In this document: piece by piece, positions 28,257-40,196 of the stretch | Layout: each line of letters starts with the position of its first letter | How positions within the stretch are numbered: the stretch's first letter is position 1 | Assembly (NCBI GenBank): GCA_963751455.1 | Contig: CAVVUN010000015.1 | Coordinates: 768,001-832,000 of the forward strand | Reading direction: 5' to 3' | Source: Nitrospirota bacterium | GTDB taxonomy: Bacteria > Nitrospirota > UBA9217 | Length of the DNA stretch: 64,000 bases | Translations under genes and position numbers: made by a program | The notes under the pieces: generated by a model | Databases searched by the model: none | What the model was told of the DNA's origin: nothing | Seen by the model: the letters and a program-made list of their open reading frames with translations, nothing else

Positions 28257-28714
28257 TCACAATTTCTCAACCTGCTCCTTCGAGAGCTTTGTATACCGCA
28301 TAATCCTAAAAACGGCATTTGAACACGGATGAACACGGAAACAGCGGATCAAAACAATGTGATAGAGCAAAAAGCCATCTCGCCTTTTGGGTGAATCCAT
28401 TACTGTTCGTAACTTCCTATAAATCCGTGTTGATCAGATTTTATCCGTGTCCAACTGCTTTTTTCAGGATAATTTCTTCAATGGAGCGCGAAACTGAATA
28501 TTTCCGTGGGATCGACGACGGTCTTCTTCCCGTTCCCCAGGCTGATCAGCTCTATGAGCAGTATCCTGTTGCTGTTGGACAGGCAGACGACCCAGAAGTG
28601 CTCCTTGCCGCGGCCGATCTTGTTTTCGCGCAGCAGTATCTGCTGCATGATCAGGGCTATATCGCGTGAATTGAGCACCTGGATCTTTTGTTCGCCGGTC
28701 AGTTTTACTCTCAT
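28257..28714 (-). pseudogene. Second RadC/JAB-Rpn-tail copy with internal deletion and MITE insertion
   Basis: First ~77 aa nearly identical to 26376-27023; removing the MITE restores tail IEEIMRYTKLSKEQVEKL*. Confidence 0.8.
28305..28468 (+). mobile_element. MITE family 1, copy 1 (164 bp)
   Basis: Imperfect TIRs CCT...AGG; 5-bp TSD ATAAT; same sequence as 58080 and 63537 in reverse orientation. Confidence 0.85.
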
Positions 28715-29039
28715 GAGGACCTCTGTAACAGCTGTTAATTTTTGAATCGGGCAAACGCTACAGATTTAGTCAGTTACGAATAAAATTCTTGTCAAAAAGG
28801 GAAGAAAAAATTTGCCGCAGGGCTCACAGAGTTCACCGAGGGCAGCCAAAAAATGTATGTGCTTTAAAGCTTTTCTCTTCGTTCTCGGTGGTCTCTGTGG
28901 CGAAAGCTTTTCCGGTCTATCCGGGTTACGAAAAAATTGGAAGAAGTTGAGCATCATCGTCCTTCCGCGCTTTATTCAAACATCATAACCTTCATTAAGT
29001 CGCAGGTGCCTGCTCAGTCAACATTGTTCATTCGCAAAA

Positions 29040-29498
29040 GCATTTTGCGGGAAATAATTGACAAAATCAAAGGCGAATACAACCTGGGATAGGAACTTAG
29101 AGGACCTCGTCTACGTAAATACAGACGGAAAATGATTGTTTCCAGGGCGTCCCCACAAGTCGATTCTGGTTTTTTTGATTGGAAAAGACTGATGCCTCGC
29201 TTGTTCGAGTGGTCATCCTGGACGCAGGTCCCCTCATTCATCTCGATGCTTACCGAAGCCCTGCGGTTCCTTGAAACCCACAAACCGGAGCTGATGGCGA
29301 AGTTCATCCGCGAAGACGTGGAGTGGGGCCTGTATGGACAAAGACAGCGGCGGGAATGATTCGATCCTGAAAGTCAGCGAGCAGAGTCAGGCCTCCGAGT
29401 TCAATGACGTCCTTTTCGTTGGTAAACCACCCTTCGTCGATCAGGGCCTTAATTTGATCGTATAGTTTTTCCGGTAGTTCGGCTTGAACTGTTTTCAC
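29040..29498 (-). pseudogene. Scrambled RHH-antitoxin / toxin module
   Basis: N-half MKTVQAELPEKL...KDVI on minus; C-half TEALR.FLETHKPELMAKFIREDVEWGL on plus at 29252-29345. Confidence 0.55.
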
Positions 29499-29973
29499 GG
29501 TTCCTGGTTGCTCCTTTCTTTAAACGTATTATAGCATGACGCGGCAACTACAACAAGGTCGGTCCTTTCCGGAGAAACTTCGCTCGAAATGACAAGTCTG
29601 ACTGTTTTTCGAATCGGCTTATCTGCGTTAATCTGCGTAATCTGCGGACAAACTTCGCCGCTGAAGTAACAAAGCGAGAATAGCACAGAAAGGCCATTGT
29701 TTCAATTGCGAATTGAGGAATGGGGTAAATCAGTTCGGAGTTTTTGAGCCTTGCGCCCGCGCTTACGAGCCTGCACCCAGCGATAATGAGTGCTACGCCG
29801 CGAATGCAGGGTGTGGAACCGCGAGTGCAGGGTGTTCGGGGTTCGGAGTGATGAATGGCGTTATCTGATAATCGGCTATATCAATTACAGGTTGTAATCC
29901 CATACCAATCAAGATACTACTTTGACTCAAAGTACAGGAAGAAACCTGTTTTTACCCTTCCTTTTCCCCTTTG

Positions 29974-30300
29974 CTACATCGTTTCAAGCAGCTTGTAATA
30001 CTCCGTTATCTTTCGGATGGATTCCAGAGTTGCCTGGAACAATATCCAACTTAGCGCAAGGATCGCAATTGTGAGTCCGATCTTCCAACTGCGCTTCGTA
30101 TCAGGACGCCACCAGATCAGCGGCAACGCCAGAGGTCCCACACTACAGACAGCGACGACAATAAAAGATTTTCGGAAATACCATTTGATAGAGTTTTTTT
30201 TATGGGGTGGGCGGGAGGACGGACTGAGAAACTCACCGCAGTGTTTACACTTAATTGCCGCGTCTTGAATCTCTTCAGCACAATAAGGACACTTCTTCAT
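29974..30300 (-). CDS. Zinc-ribbon membrane protein
   Basis: CPYCAEEIQDAAIKCKHCGE followed by two TM segments. Confidence 0.8.
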   Translation of the reverse strand: MKKCPYCAEEIQDAAIKCKHCGEFLSPSSRPPHKKNSIKWYFRKSFIVVAVCSVGPLALPLIWWRPDTKRSWKIGLTIAILALSWILFQATLESIRKITEYYKLLETM

Positions 30301-30303
30301 AAT

Positions 30304-30757
30304 TCATTTCATTTGGTAGAACTCAGGATGACTGCGGGAGTCTGCAAGGTCGCTTGCTTCAAGCATGACGTCCGGAGCTCCCGGCGGAGCCGTTTCGTGC
30401 GTATCGCCGTGAGCCATACACCCCGGTAATTCGGGCACTTCCGCGATGAAGATTTTATCTTCTTCGCTCCGGTAAAGGATGATTTCATACTTATCCATGG
30501 GCTTCACCTCGCAGATTGTACCTCAGAATCGCCGAACGGACTTGACGAACTTGATACGTCTTTGCCTTGCTGCCTTCCTTTTGAAGGTTGATCCTTTCCT
30601 CCACACCCGGCTTCCTGAAGATATGATGACTTCCGCGCACGCGCGTTTCAAATCCGAGCCTGATTAAGCACAATTCGTCAAAAGCGACGTTTGCATCGGA
30701 ACTTCCGAGCAGTATTTGCTCAGCAGCTGTATTTGCCCATTTGATATCAACCGGCAC
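30304..30757 (-). pseudogene. Degenerate HicA-HicB toxin-antitoxin pair
   Basis: HicA-like LGF...RGSHHIF..PG with disrupted start; HicB-like FIAEVPELPGCMAHGDT with aberrant C-terminus. Confidence 0.7.
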
Positions 30758-30896
30758 TCGATGGCTTTAAATTATCATATTTCGTCTATCTGTTCAAGCA
30801 GTTAATGTGACAAGCATCTCCGGTGCCCGCTTGCGCATTGTACCGTTGGTTCGAACCACAAATTCTGTTTTTTTACGACTACATCGAAAAAATTAC

Positions 30897-30924
30897 GGAA
30901 CAAAATCCGAATAAATCCGTTTAA
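30897..30924 (+). promoter_or_regulatory. ECF sigma promoter (copy 3)
   Basis: GGAAC-N16-CGTTTAA upstream of tolC. Confidence 0.75.
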
Positions 30925-31005
30925 CAGATATAAGAGGAAAACAACGTGCTTTGAGGGCGGCAAATTTGCTCCCGCCCGTACTCGATGAAAGGATAAATAA
31001 AGTTC

Positions 31006-32374
31006 ATGCCGCGGTTGAAAACGTTCAGTCTCGCTGTTGTTTTGCTCCTGACCTTTCAGGCTATTTACGCTTTTTCCGCCGAAATACAGCAAGAACGGCT
31101 TCCCGAAGAGAAGATTCAAGACCATAACCCTGCTTCTGAAAAGCCGAAGACAGATATAAAGACCTTGACGCTCGATCAATGCATCGAACTGACCCTTGAG
31201 AATAATCCCGGGCTCCAGATTGAGCGGGAAAAGATAGTCGAGCTTGAGAACGATTATCGTATCGCGTCATCCGGTCTCTACCCGAGATTGACCGCGAGCG
31301 CCTATTATACGAAGCTGGACCAGGACCGTATCGGAGTGCTTCCCGGGATGGCATACTCCGAGGAAACGCTGGGGCAGCTCAAGCTGAAACAGCTTCTGTT
31401 CGACGGCGGGAGGATTGGTTACAACAGCCGTGCCGCAGCAAAGGCAGCGGAAGCCCAGCGCGAATCCGCTGAAGCCGCGCGCCTCGATACCGTCTATGCG
31501 GTAAGCCAGGCATATTACCGTCTCCTCGAGGCGCGTGAACTTCTGCGCGTCGGGGAAAACTCGCGGTCTCAGCGTGAGGCATTCTTGAAACTGACCGATA
31601 GCTACCATAAGGCGGGAAAGGCCACGCGCCTCGAAACGCTCAGGGCAGAGGCCCAGCTCCTGGATGCTGAAAGGACCCTTATCCAGGCGGGGGAAGCGAT
31701 GCGGATCAGCGAATTGATACTCAAAAAGACCATGGGCATCGGTGTACAGGCATTGATTGACATCGCGGACGGGCTGCCGGACGCGTTCGCCGAGCCGGGT
31801 CAGGAAGAAATACTGTTTACGCAGGTCCTTGAAAACAATCCGGACTTGAAAAGGAGCGCTCAGTTTAAAGAGCAGGCCAGGCTGTCGATAGATTCCGCGG
31901 CAGGGTCTTATTTGCCGGAACTCAGCCTGCAGGCGTCGTACGGGTACCGCGATCGCGGCGCCGGCAGTGCCGGGGAAGAATGGACAGCGGGCGTGTTTCT
32001 CGAGTGGTCCCTGTTCGAGGGAGGACTCACGCGCGGCGCAGGTTGGAAAGGCGCGGGCCCGATACCGGCAGACCGAGTGGAACGAACGCGCGGTGCGGGA
32101 CCAGGTACAGGTGGATTTTAGACAGGCGCTTGGCGACCTGCGCACGGCCCTCGCATCAATCCGGTCTTCGAAACGGCTGGTCGAGGCGCAGGATGAAGCC
32201 TACACGGCTGCAGTGGAATTTTATAAAAGGGGCAAATCCACATACATCGAGGTGTTGACTGCGGAGACCGAGCTGACCCGGGCAAGGGCTGGTTATGTGC
32301 GCTCGGTCGGGGATTACCAGTCTGCGTCGGCACGGCTTGATCGGGTGATGGGGAAAAAGGCAACAAGTCAGTAG
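31006..32374 (+). CDS. TolC-family outer membrane efflux protein, frameshifted near 32040
   Basis: Signal peptide; LTLDQCIELTLENNP; two OEP repeats (YPRL, LFDGG; LPEL, LFEGG). Confidence 0.88.
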
Positions 32375-32592
32375 GAAAGGCCGTCCGCAGATTTCGCAGA
32401 TGGACGCAGATTTGAAGCCTCTGGCTTAATTCTCGTCAAGGGACGGCAGGGAACCATTCTATTCTTAGTTTGTTTCGCAGTGGGCCGCAATGTTGAAAAA
32501 CCGTATTCATTTTTGATTTAATCTGTGAAATCTGCGTCATCTGCGGATAATGCTGGTTTGAGTAGTTAATAACAAAAGCAGGGAGGCTAAAC

Positions 32593-33670
32593 GTGACAAA
32601 AATGAAGAAGATCAGCATAGCCATTTCTTCGGCGACGGTCGTGCTCGTAATTATAGCGTTCGTTGCTTATTCAAGAGCAAGCATTAATAAATCGGAAAGC
32701 GCATTTACGACGGCCGTCGTCGAAAAGCGGGACATGGGTTCCCTCGTCCAGGCAACCGGCATCATCAAACCCAAGGTCGGCGCCGAGGTAAAAGTCGGAG
32801 CGCGGATGACCGGCAAGGTGGAGCATCTTTACGCCAATATCGGCGACAGGGTCAAAAAAGGCCAGGTGCTGGTGCGGCTCGAGCAGGACGATCTGAAGGC
32901 CCGGGCGGACCAGGCTGAGGCAGCCTATCTGGAGGCAGCTGCCGCCTTCGACAAGGCGAAGATCGACCTGGAGCGGGACAAACCGCTTGCGGAGGAGGGG
33001 TATATTTCCCAGCAGAATATCGACGTGCTCCAAAACGTGCATGACATGGCGAAAGCAAGGGTATTGAAGGCCAAGGCCGAGCAGGATTACGCAAAAGCCC
33101 AGCTGTCGTATGCAACGATAACAGCGCCGATCAGCGGAACGATCGCGTCCGTTACGACCCAGCAGGGAGAGACCGTGGCCGCCGGGCTGAACGCGCCCAC
33201 ATTTATCACGATCATAGACCTGAACAAGCTCGAAGTGAACGCCTATGTCGACGAGACCGACGTGGGAAAGATCAGCGTGGCGCAGGAAGCGCTCTTCACG
33301 GTGGATACCTTCGCGGACAGGGATTTTAAGGGCAAGGTGACCGCCATCTATCCGCGGGCCGTGCTGCAGGAGAACGTGGTCAATTATATTACGCTGATCA
33401 GCATCGAAAACCCGGAAGGAAAGCTCAAGCCGGACATGACCGCGAACGTCACGATCACGCTCAAAAAGAAAAAGGGAGTGCTTGCGGTGCCATCAGCAGC
33501 AGTCAAACGAGAGGGCGGGAAGAAATACGTATTCCTTGCCGGCACAGGACGGCGCCACAACGCGGCGCGAAGTCAAAACCGGATGGAAGGAAGGCAACTA
33601 TCTCGAGATCACTTCCGGGCTGAAGGAAGGGGACATTGTGGCGATGAGCGAGGGGGGCGGGAAAAAATAA
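32593..33670 (+). CDS. MacA-like periplasmic adaptor, frameshifted near 33535
   Basis: ATG.IKP, GDRVKKGQVL, ITAPISG, KPDMTANV, EITSGLKEGD. Confidence 0.88.
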
Positions 33671-33795
33671 GAGTCAAAAAACATTTTGGACGCAGATAAC
33701 ATCGGAATAAGCGGATTAAGGTTCAGATAGAAGAAATTAATCTGCGATCAATCCGCGTAAATCCGCGTCCTAAAAATCTTTACAGAGGAGGAACA

Positions 33796-34478
33796 ATGAT
33801 CGAGTTGAAGGACATTACCAAGACGTACCGAAAGAACGGCGGCATGGAAGTGAAGGTTCTGCAGGGCGTTTCACTCAAGATCGAGAAGGGCGAGTACGTG
33901 GCCATCATGGCGCCGTCGGGCATGGGAAAGAGCACGCTCATGAACATCATCGGCTGCCTGGACCGGCCGAGTACGGGCGAGTATCGTCTCGACGGCATAG
34001 AAGTGGACAAAATGGACGACGACAACCTTTCTTCGGTCCGGAACAAGAAGATCGGGTTCGTATTCCAGTCAGTTTCATCTGCTGCCGAGGACAACAGCGC
34101 TCGAGAACGTCCAGCTCCCGCTGATCTACAGCACGCGACGAATCGGACATGAACGCGCTCGCCGTCGACGGCACTCAAGGAAGTGGGGCTCGGCGACCGG
34201 ATGAACCATGTGCCGAGCGAGCTTTCCGGCGGACAGCAGCAGCGCGTGGCCATTGCGCGCTCCCTCGTGAACGACCCCAGCATTCTGCTTGCCGACGAAC
34301 CGACCGGAAACCTGGATACGGCAGCCAGCACCGAGGTCATGTCGATATTCGACAAGCTCCATAAAGAGGGCAGGACCATCGTCATGGTCACGCATTCCGA
34401 CGAGATCGCCCGGCGGGCAAGCCGGATCATCAGGATGCGCGACGGCAGGATCGTGAGCGACGAAAGGAGGGCCGCATA

Positions 34479-34479
<1 letters not shown>
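33796..34479 (+). CDS. ABC transporter ATP-binding protein (MacB/LolD type), frameshifted
   Basis: [33 protein letters not shown] spread over more than one frame. Confidence 0.88.
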
Positions 34480-35701
<1,222 letters not shown>

Positions 35702-35847
35702 AGCGGGATTAACCACAGAGGATGCAGAGAAAAACTGAAATAATATATGGACACGGATAAAAGCTGAAGAAACGGATGGATGAAGAATCTGACAAACAAG
35801 CTTGGTTGATCCGATTTTTCCGTGTAAATCTGTGTCCAATAATTTTT

Positions 35848-37070
35848 ATGAAACTACTCAAAGGAACAAAGATCGCCCTCAAGACCCTCGGCGCGCACAA
35901 GATGCGGACCGCGCTGGCCGTGATCGGCATCGTGATCGGTGTTTCGGCCGTCATTCTGATGGTTGCCATCGGCAGGGGAGCGCAGGAGGCGGTCCTGAAG
36001 AAGATCCAGGGACTCGGGACGAACCTGATCATCGTCACTGCGGGCAAAGTGCGCGTTATCGCGGGCAGGCCGAGGCAGACGGGCAATACCACGACGCCTT
36101 ACCGTCCGGGATGCCGAAGCGCTCGCCTCCGAATCCTGCGCAATTGCAGCAGCCGCGCCGTTTCAGGGCAAGAAATTTCTCGTCAAATACGGCGAAGCGA
36201 GCACTAACACGATGGTCTCGGGCACCACTCCTGATTTTCCCGACATCCGGAATTTTCGGCCCGGCACAGGACGATTCTTTACTGAAGATGAGGTCAAGGC
36301 TTCCATGCGGGTTGCCGTGGTCGGCAAGACAGTAGTGAACAACCTGTTCGAAGGGCAAGCGCCGCTCGGCGAAACGATCCGGATCAATAACGTGCCCTTC
36401 GAGATCATCGGCGTCCTTGAGGAAAAAGGCGTGAATGCCATCGGCCAGGATGACGACGATCAGATCCTCATTCCGATCACGACTGTCATGCGCAGGCTTA
36501 TGAACGTCATTTACGTGAACAATATCTATGTTGCTGCCCGTGATGTATCGCTCATGGACAAGGCGGTGAGCGATATCGGCTCGATCCTCCGGGAGCGGCA
36601 CCATCTGAAACCGGGCAAGGAAGACGACTTCAGCATCCAGAACCAGATGGACATCCTGCGCGCCGAGCAGGAGACATCGGAAACGTTTACCATGCTTCTG
36701 GGCGGCATCGCGGCGGTTTCGCTTCTGGTCGGCGGCGTGGGCATCCTCGCCATCATGCTGATATCCATAAAGGAGCGCATCAAAGAGATCGGGCTTCGCC
36801 GCGCGCTCGGTGCGCGCAAGAAGGATGTGCTGCTCCAGTTCCTCATGGAAGCGCTCGTTCTGAGCATTGCGGGAGGCATCACTGGGCGCTGTACTCGGCG
36901 TTATTGGGTCGTTCATCGTCGGCTGGACCACGGAACTGCCCACGAGCGTATCCATTCTTTCCGTCGTTATCGCGTTCCTCTTCTCAGCAGGCATAGGCTT
37001 GTTCTTCGGTATATATCCGGCTAAAAAGGCTGCCGAATTCGATCCGATTCATGCATTGAGGTCTGAATAA
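35848..37070 (+). CDS. MacB/FtsX-type ABC permease 2, frameshifted
   Basis: HKMRTALAVIGIVIG; ERIKEIGLRRALGA; YPAKKAAEFDPIHALRSE. Confidence 0.85.
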
Positions 37071-37153
37071 ATCATCAGCGACCGATTGCGAAGCACTTTT
37101 GTCGCCAACAGTAGTAGAACCATGTTTTATTTAAGCGAGATTTCTGCGGGGCG

Positions 37154-37201
37154 TTGACAGTCTCTCCGCGGTATGCTATGCATATAATGTGCATATGCAC
37201 A
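37154..37201 (+). promoter_or_regulatory. sigma70 promoter with palindromic operator TGTGCATATGCACA
   Basis: TTGACA at 37154; perfect 14-bp palindrome at 37188-37201, repeated at 38386. Confidence 0.7.
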
Positions 37202-37297
37202 GTCAGAACGATCAAGCATGGGTTCATGTATCGAAGGCACGACTAATTCGAACAGTAACAACGTACGGGCCGCTATGACCCGGCTAAGGAGGACGCC

Positions 37298-37753
37298 ATG
37301 AAGAGAATAAAAAAGATTTTGCTTGGAGTTATCGGAACCATACTATTTGTATCATCAGCCTCTCTTGCAGGTCCAGGACAGGGGGATCAAGGAAGCGGTG
37401 GATGGGGCATGGGGTCGCAGTACCAGAGGATGTTCAATCCAGCTGCCGTTGAGACAGTGTCCGGCACCGTGGAATCAGTTGATAAAATGACGCCGATGGG
37501 GGGGATGTCTTACGGCGTTCACCTTATGCTAAACACCGGCCAGGATGCAGTAGATATCCACCTCGGACCGGGGTGGTTTCTTGATAGACAGGATACCAGG
37601 ATCGAGAAAGGCGACAAAATCGACGTGAAAGGTTCGCGGGTAACGGTCGGCGGCAAACCTGCAATCATCGCACAAGAAGTCAAAAAAGGCGATCAGGTGC
37701 TCGTTCTCAGGGACAACAACGGCGTTCCTGCGTGGGCAGGATGGAGAAGATAA
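37298..37753 (+). CDS. Secreted OB-fold-like protein
   Basis: RBS AAGGAGG; signal peptide; HLGPGWFL...KGDKIDVKGS; LRD..G.P.W. Confidence 0.7.
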   Translation: MKRIKKILLGVIGTILFVSSASLAGPGQGDQGSGGWGMGSQYQRMFNPAAVETVSGTVESVDKMTPMGGMSYGVHLMLNTGQDAVDIHLGPGWFLDRQDTRIEKGDKIDVKGSRVTVGGKPAIIAQEVKKGDQVLVLRDNNGVPAWAGWRR

Positions 37754-37806
37754 GAATTAAATAGCCCGTTTCGATCAGGGGCGGGCTTATTAGATAAAAG
37801 AGAAAA

Positions 37807-38319
37807 ATGATCGAGGAGGATATCGTGTCTGAGAAGGAAAAGGAAAACCTTGAAGAAGCTTTAACAGGATATAAACAAAAAATAAACCATGTATCCAAAG
37901 CGACCTTGTCATGGGACAAGGATCTTATATTCGTAGGCAGAACCCAGGAAGGATATGAGATTGAATTCGATGCACATGTGCAGTGGGGATGCAAGCCTAC
38001 AGATGCTCTTCTTTTAAGCCTTGCAGGCTGCATGGGAATCGATGTGGTCATGTTCCTGCAGAAAATGAAGATCGATTTGGAAAGCTTCACAGTGGATATG
38101 ATCGGAGAGCGCAATACAACTCCGCCGCAATACTTTAAAACCGTGGATATCGTGCTGCATCTTAAAGGAAAAAATCTGAACCCGAAAAAAGTCGCTCGTG
38201 CGGTTTCACTGTCACATGAAAAATATTGCTCCGTTTACAACTCGCTGAGAAAAGACATGGATGTAAAAGTCACCTACAACATCACCGAAACAGGACAAGC
38301 CTGCCCAGTCATTCAATAA
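37807..38319 (+). CDS. OsmC/YhfA-family protein
   Basis: P.DALLLSLAGCMGIDV...LSHEKYCSV with two conserved Cys. Confidence 0.85.
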   Translation: MIEEDIVSEKEKENLEEALTGYKQKINHVSKATLSWDKDLIFVGRTQEGYEIEFDAHVQWGCKPTDALLLSLAGCMGIDVVMFLQKMKIDLESFTVDMIGERNTTPPQYFKTVDIVLHLKGKNLNPKKVARAVSLSHEKYCSVYNSLRKDMDVKVTYNITETGQACPVIQ

Positions 38320-38354
38320 GAGATGCGGAAGAAAAAGGAGGAGAAAAAGTTATG

Positions 38355-38400
38355 TTGACAAGATCGCTGATGTCTGCTATTGTTCTGTGCATATGCACAG
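38355..38400 (+). promoter_or_regulatory. sigma70 promoter with palindromic operator
   Basis: TTGACA-17-TATTGT immediately followed by CTGTGCATATGCACAG. Confidence 0.72.
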
Positions 38401-38417
38401 TATAAAGGAAGGGCCGC

Positions 38418-38693
38418 ATGTCTCCGCGTTGTAAAAAACCCAGGAATTGCCAATGCAAGTTCAAGGGAAAAGCCTTCAAGCCGACGGGGATACCGATATG
38501 CGACATCAAACAGATCACCTTGTCCCGCGATGAGCTGGAAACCCTGAAGCTTTGCGATTTCGATGACTTGACACAGGAAGAGGCCGGTTCGAGAATGGGC
38601 GTGTCGCGGGGAACGATTCAGCGTACACTTTCCGCGGCCAGGAAAAAGGTTGCCCAGGCGCTTACTCAAGGAGGGGCAATTGTATTTGAGTAG
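38418..38693 (+). CDS. DUF134 HTH protein
   Basis: PR..K.R, FKP.G, DELE.LKL.D, QEEAG..MGVSRGT.QR.L..ARKKVA. Confidence 0.9.
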   Translation: MSPRCKKPRNCQCKFKGKAFKPTGIPICDIKQITLSRDELETLKLCDFDDLTQEEAGSRMGVSRGTIQRTLSAARKKVAQALTQGGAIVFE

Positions 38694-38722
38694 CTAACTT
38701 TAATTGGGGAGGAATATACGAC

Positions 38723-39103
38723 ATGAAGATCTGTTTTCCCGTACAAAAAGACGAAGGACTTTCCAGCACGGTTTATAATCATTTCGGATCCGCACCGGTA
38801 TTTCTCATATTGGACACGACGACTAACAGTATTTCGCCTCTTAACAATCGGGACCAAAATCATGTGCACGGCGCCTGCAACCCCATAAAAGCACTCGATA
38901 ATCAGAAAGTGGACGCGGTCGTAGTCGGCGGTATCGGAGCAGGCGCTTTGAACAAGCTCAATCAGATGGGAATCAAGGTGCATCGCGCTCAGGCCGGGAA
39001 AATCGTTGAAAACGTTTCACTGTTGAATGCCGGCAGTCTTCCTGAGCTGACACTCAACGAATGTTGCGGCGGCCATAGTAAGGGCGGAGGATGCGCACAC
39101 TAA
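38723..39103 (+). CDS. NifB/NifX-family (FeMo-co binding-like) protein
   Basis: HFGSAP, HGAC.P, GGIGAGA, Cys/His-rich tail. Confidence 0.85.
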   Translation: MKICFPVQKDEGLSSTVYNHFGSAPVFLILDTTTNSISPLNNRDQNHVHGACNPIKALDNQKVDAVVVGGIGAGALNKLNQMGIKVHRAQAGKIVENVSLLNAGSLPELTLNECCGGHSKGGGCAH

Positions 39104-39160
39104 AGAAACTTCGTCCGAGAAAAGGATTGAAGAAGGATATTATCTTGCAAGGAGCCATGT

Positions 39161-39529
39161 ATGGAAAACAAAGAATTTGTTTTTATAATAACCCATTCCT
39201 ATGACGCGATAGAGCGCGCGGCGGCGGCGCTCCAGCTCGCAACAAATATGACAGCCTTCGATGCTAAAATAGATTTCTTTTTAATGAACGAGGGTGTGCA
39301 TCTTGCCCGCAAGGGGTTCGCGGAATCCGTCACATGGCAAAAGGGATTTTCTCCGGTGGCCGAACTCGTGAAAAGTCTCACTGAGGATTTCGACTGCAAA
39401 TTCTACGTGTGCGCATCCTGTGTCAAGCCCTATGGGCTTGAAGGCGTGGAATGGATAAAGAATGCGGAGGTCAAGCCGGGATCATACCTCGGAGAGCTCT
39501 TGATGACGCGGCAGAACGTGACGTTCTGA
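39161..39529 (+). CDS. DsrE/DsrF-like protein
   Basis: FFLMNEGVHLA, FYVCASC. Confidence 0.8.
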   Translation: MENKEFVFIITHSYDAIERAAAALQLATNMTAFDAKIDFFLMNEGVHLARKGFAESVTWQKGFSPVAELVKSLTEDFDCKFYVCASCVKPYGLEGVEWIKNAEVKPGSYLGELLMTRQNVTF

Positions 39530-39614
39530 CCGCCGTGTTGAGAGGACTTAGTACCGAACGAAGAAAAATAAGGCGCACGGAATCAATTAAGCAGCGAAAG
39601 AGAGAGCGGGTTGC

Positions 39615-39965
39615 ATGAAAGATAATATCTTTGACTTCCAATCAGAAGTTTGTAAGGCGTTCGCCAGTCCCCGAAGACTTCAAATTCTCAATCTGGTTAA
39701 AACAAATGAGCAGGCAGTTGGAGATATTGCCAATGCAATGGGGATATCAAAGGCAAACGTCTCTCAACACCTCGCTATAATGCGGATTCGAGGTCTTTTG
39801 AAAACAAGAAGAGTCGGAACCGTGGTCTACTACCGGATAGCAAATGAAAAACTTGCGCATGCGTGCAATTTAATGCAGGATGCTCTCGGTCAAATTATGG
39901 AAAGCGATCTGGAACGACGGAAAGAACACGAAAAGCAAAGGAAAGAATACAGTATTCAACTGTAG
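39615..39965 (+). CDS. ArsR/SmtB transcriptional regulator
   Basis: CKAFASPRRLQIL, SKANVSQHL, VYY, AC. Confidence 0.9.
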   Translation: MKDNIFDFQSEVCKAFASPRRLQILNLVKTNEQAVGDIANAMGISKANVSQHLAIMRIRGLLKTRRVGTVVYYRIANEKLAHACNLMQDALGQIMESDLERRKEHEKQRKEYSIQL

Positions 39966-40028
39966 GCCTGCATAGTAATTGCCGCAGTTAAAGCGGTCTG
40001 CAACTCACTCAAAAAACAATTACAAAAA

Positions 40029-40196
40029 GTAACTACCCAGGTCATTTTTTTAGCCGCAGATTACGCAGATTTCGCAGATAAAAACAAAACCAGAATTCCG
40101 GTTTTAGAATCTGCGTCAATCTGCGAAATCTGCGTATAGAAGGGCTTTTTCTTAGATTTGTCTTAATGCTGTTCTGAAAAGAAGCTGAATAGTTAC
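40029..40196 (+). mobile_element. MITE family 2, copy 1
   Basis: TIRs GTAACTACCCAG / CTGAATAGTTAC; 8-bp TSD TACAAAAA; homologous to 51765-51921. Confidence 0.85.

Noticed and set aside
28319-28669. ORFs beginning MNTDEHGNSGSK (also 57903-58229, and the end of 63683-63973)
   Set aside because: They are translations of MITE family 1 running into flanking DNA.
37298-37753. Magnetosome gene (MamS/MamX-like HLGP motif)
   Set aside because: The fold is widespread in non-magnetotactic bacteria and no other mam genes are present.
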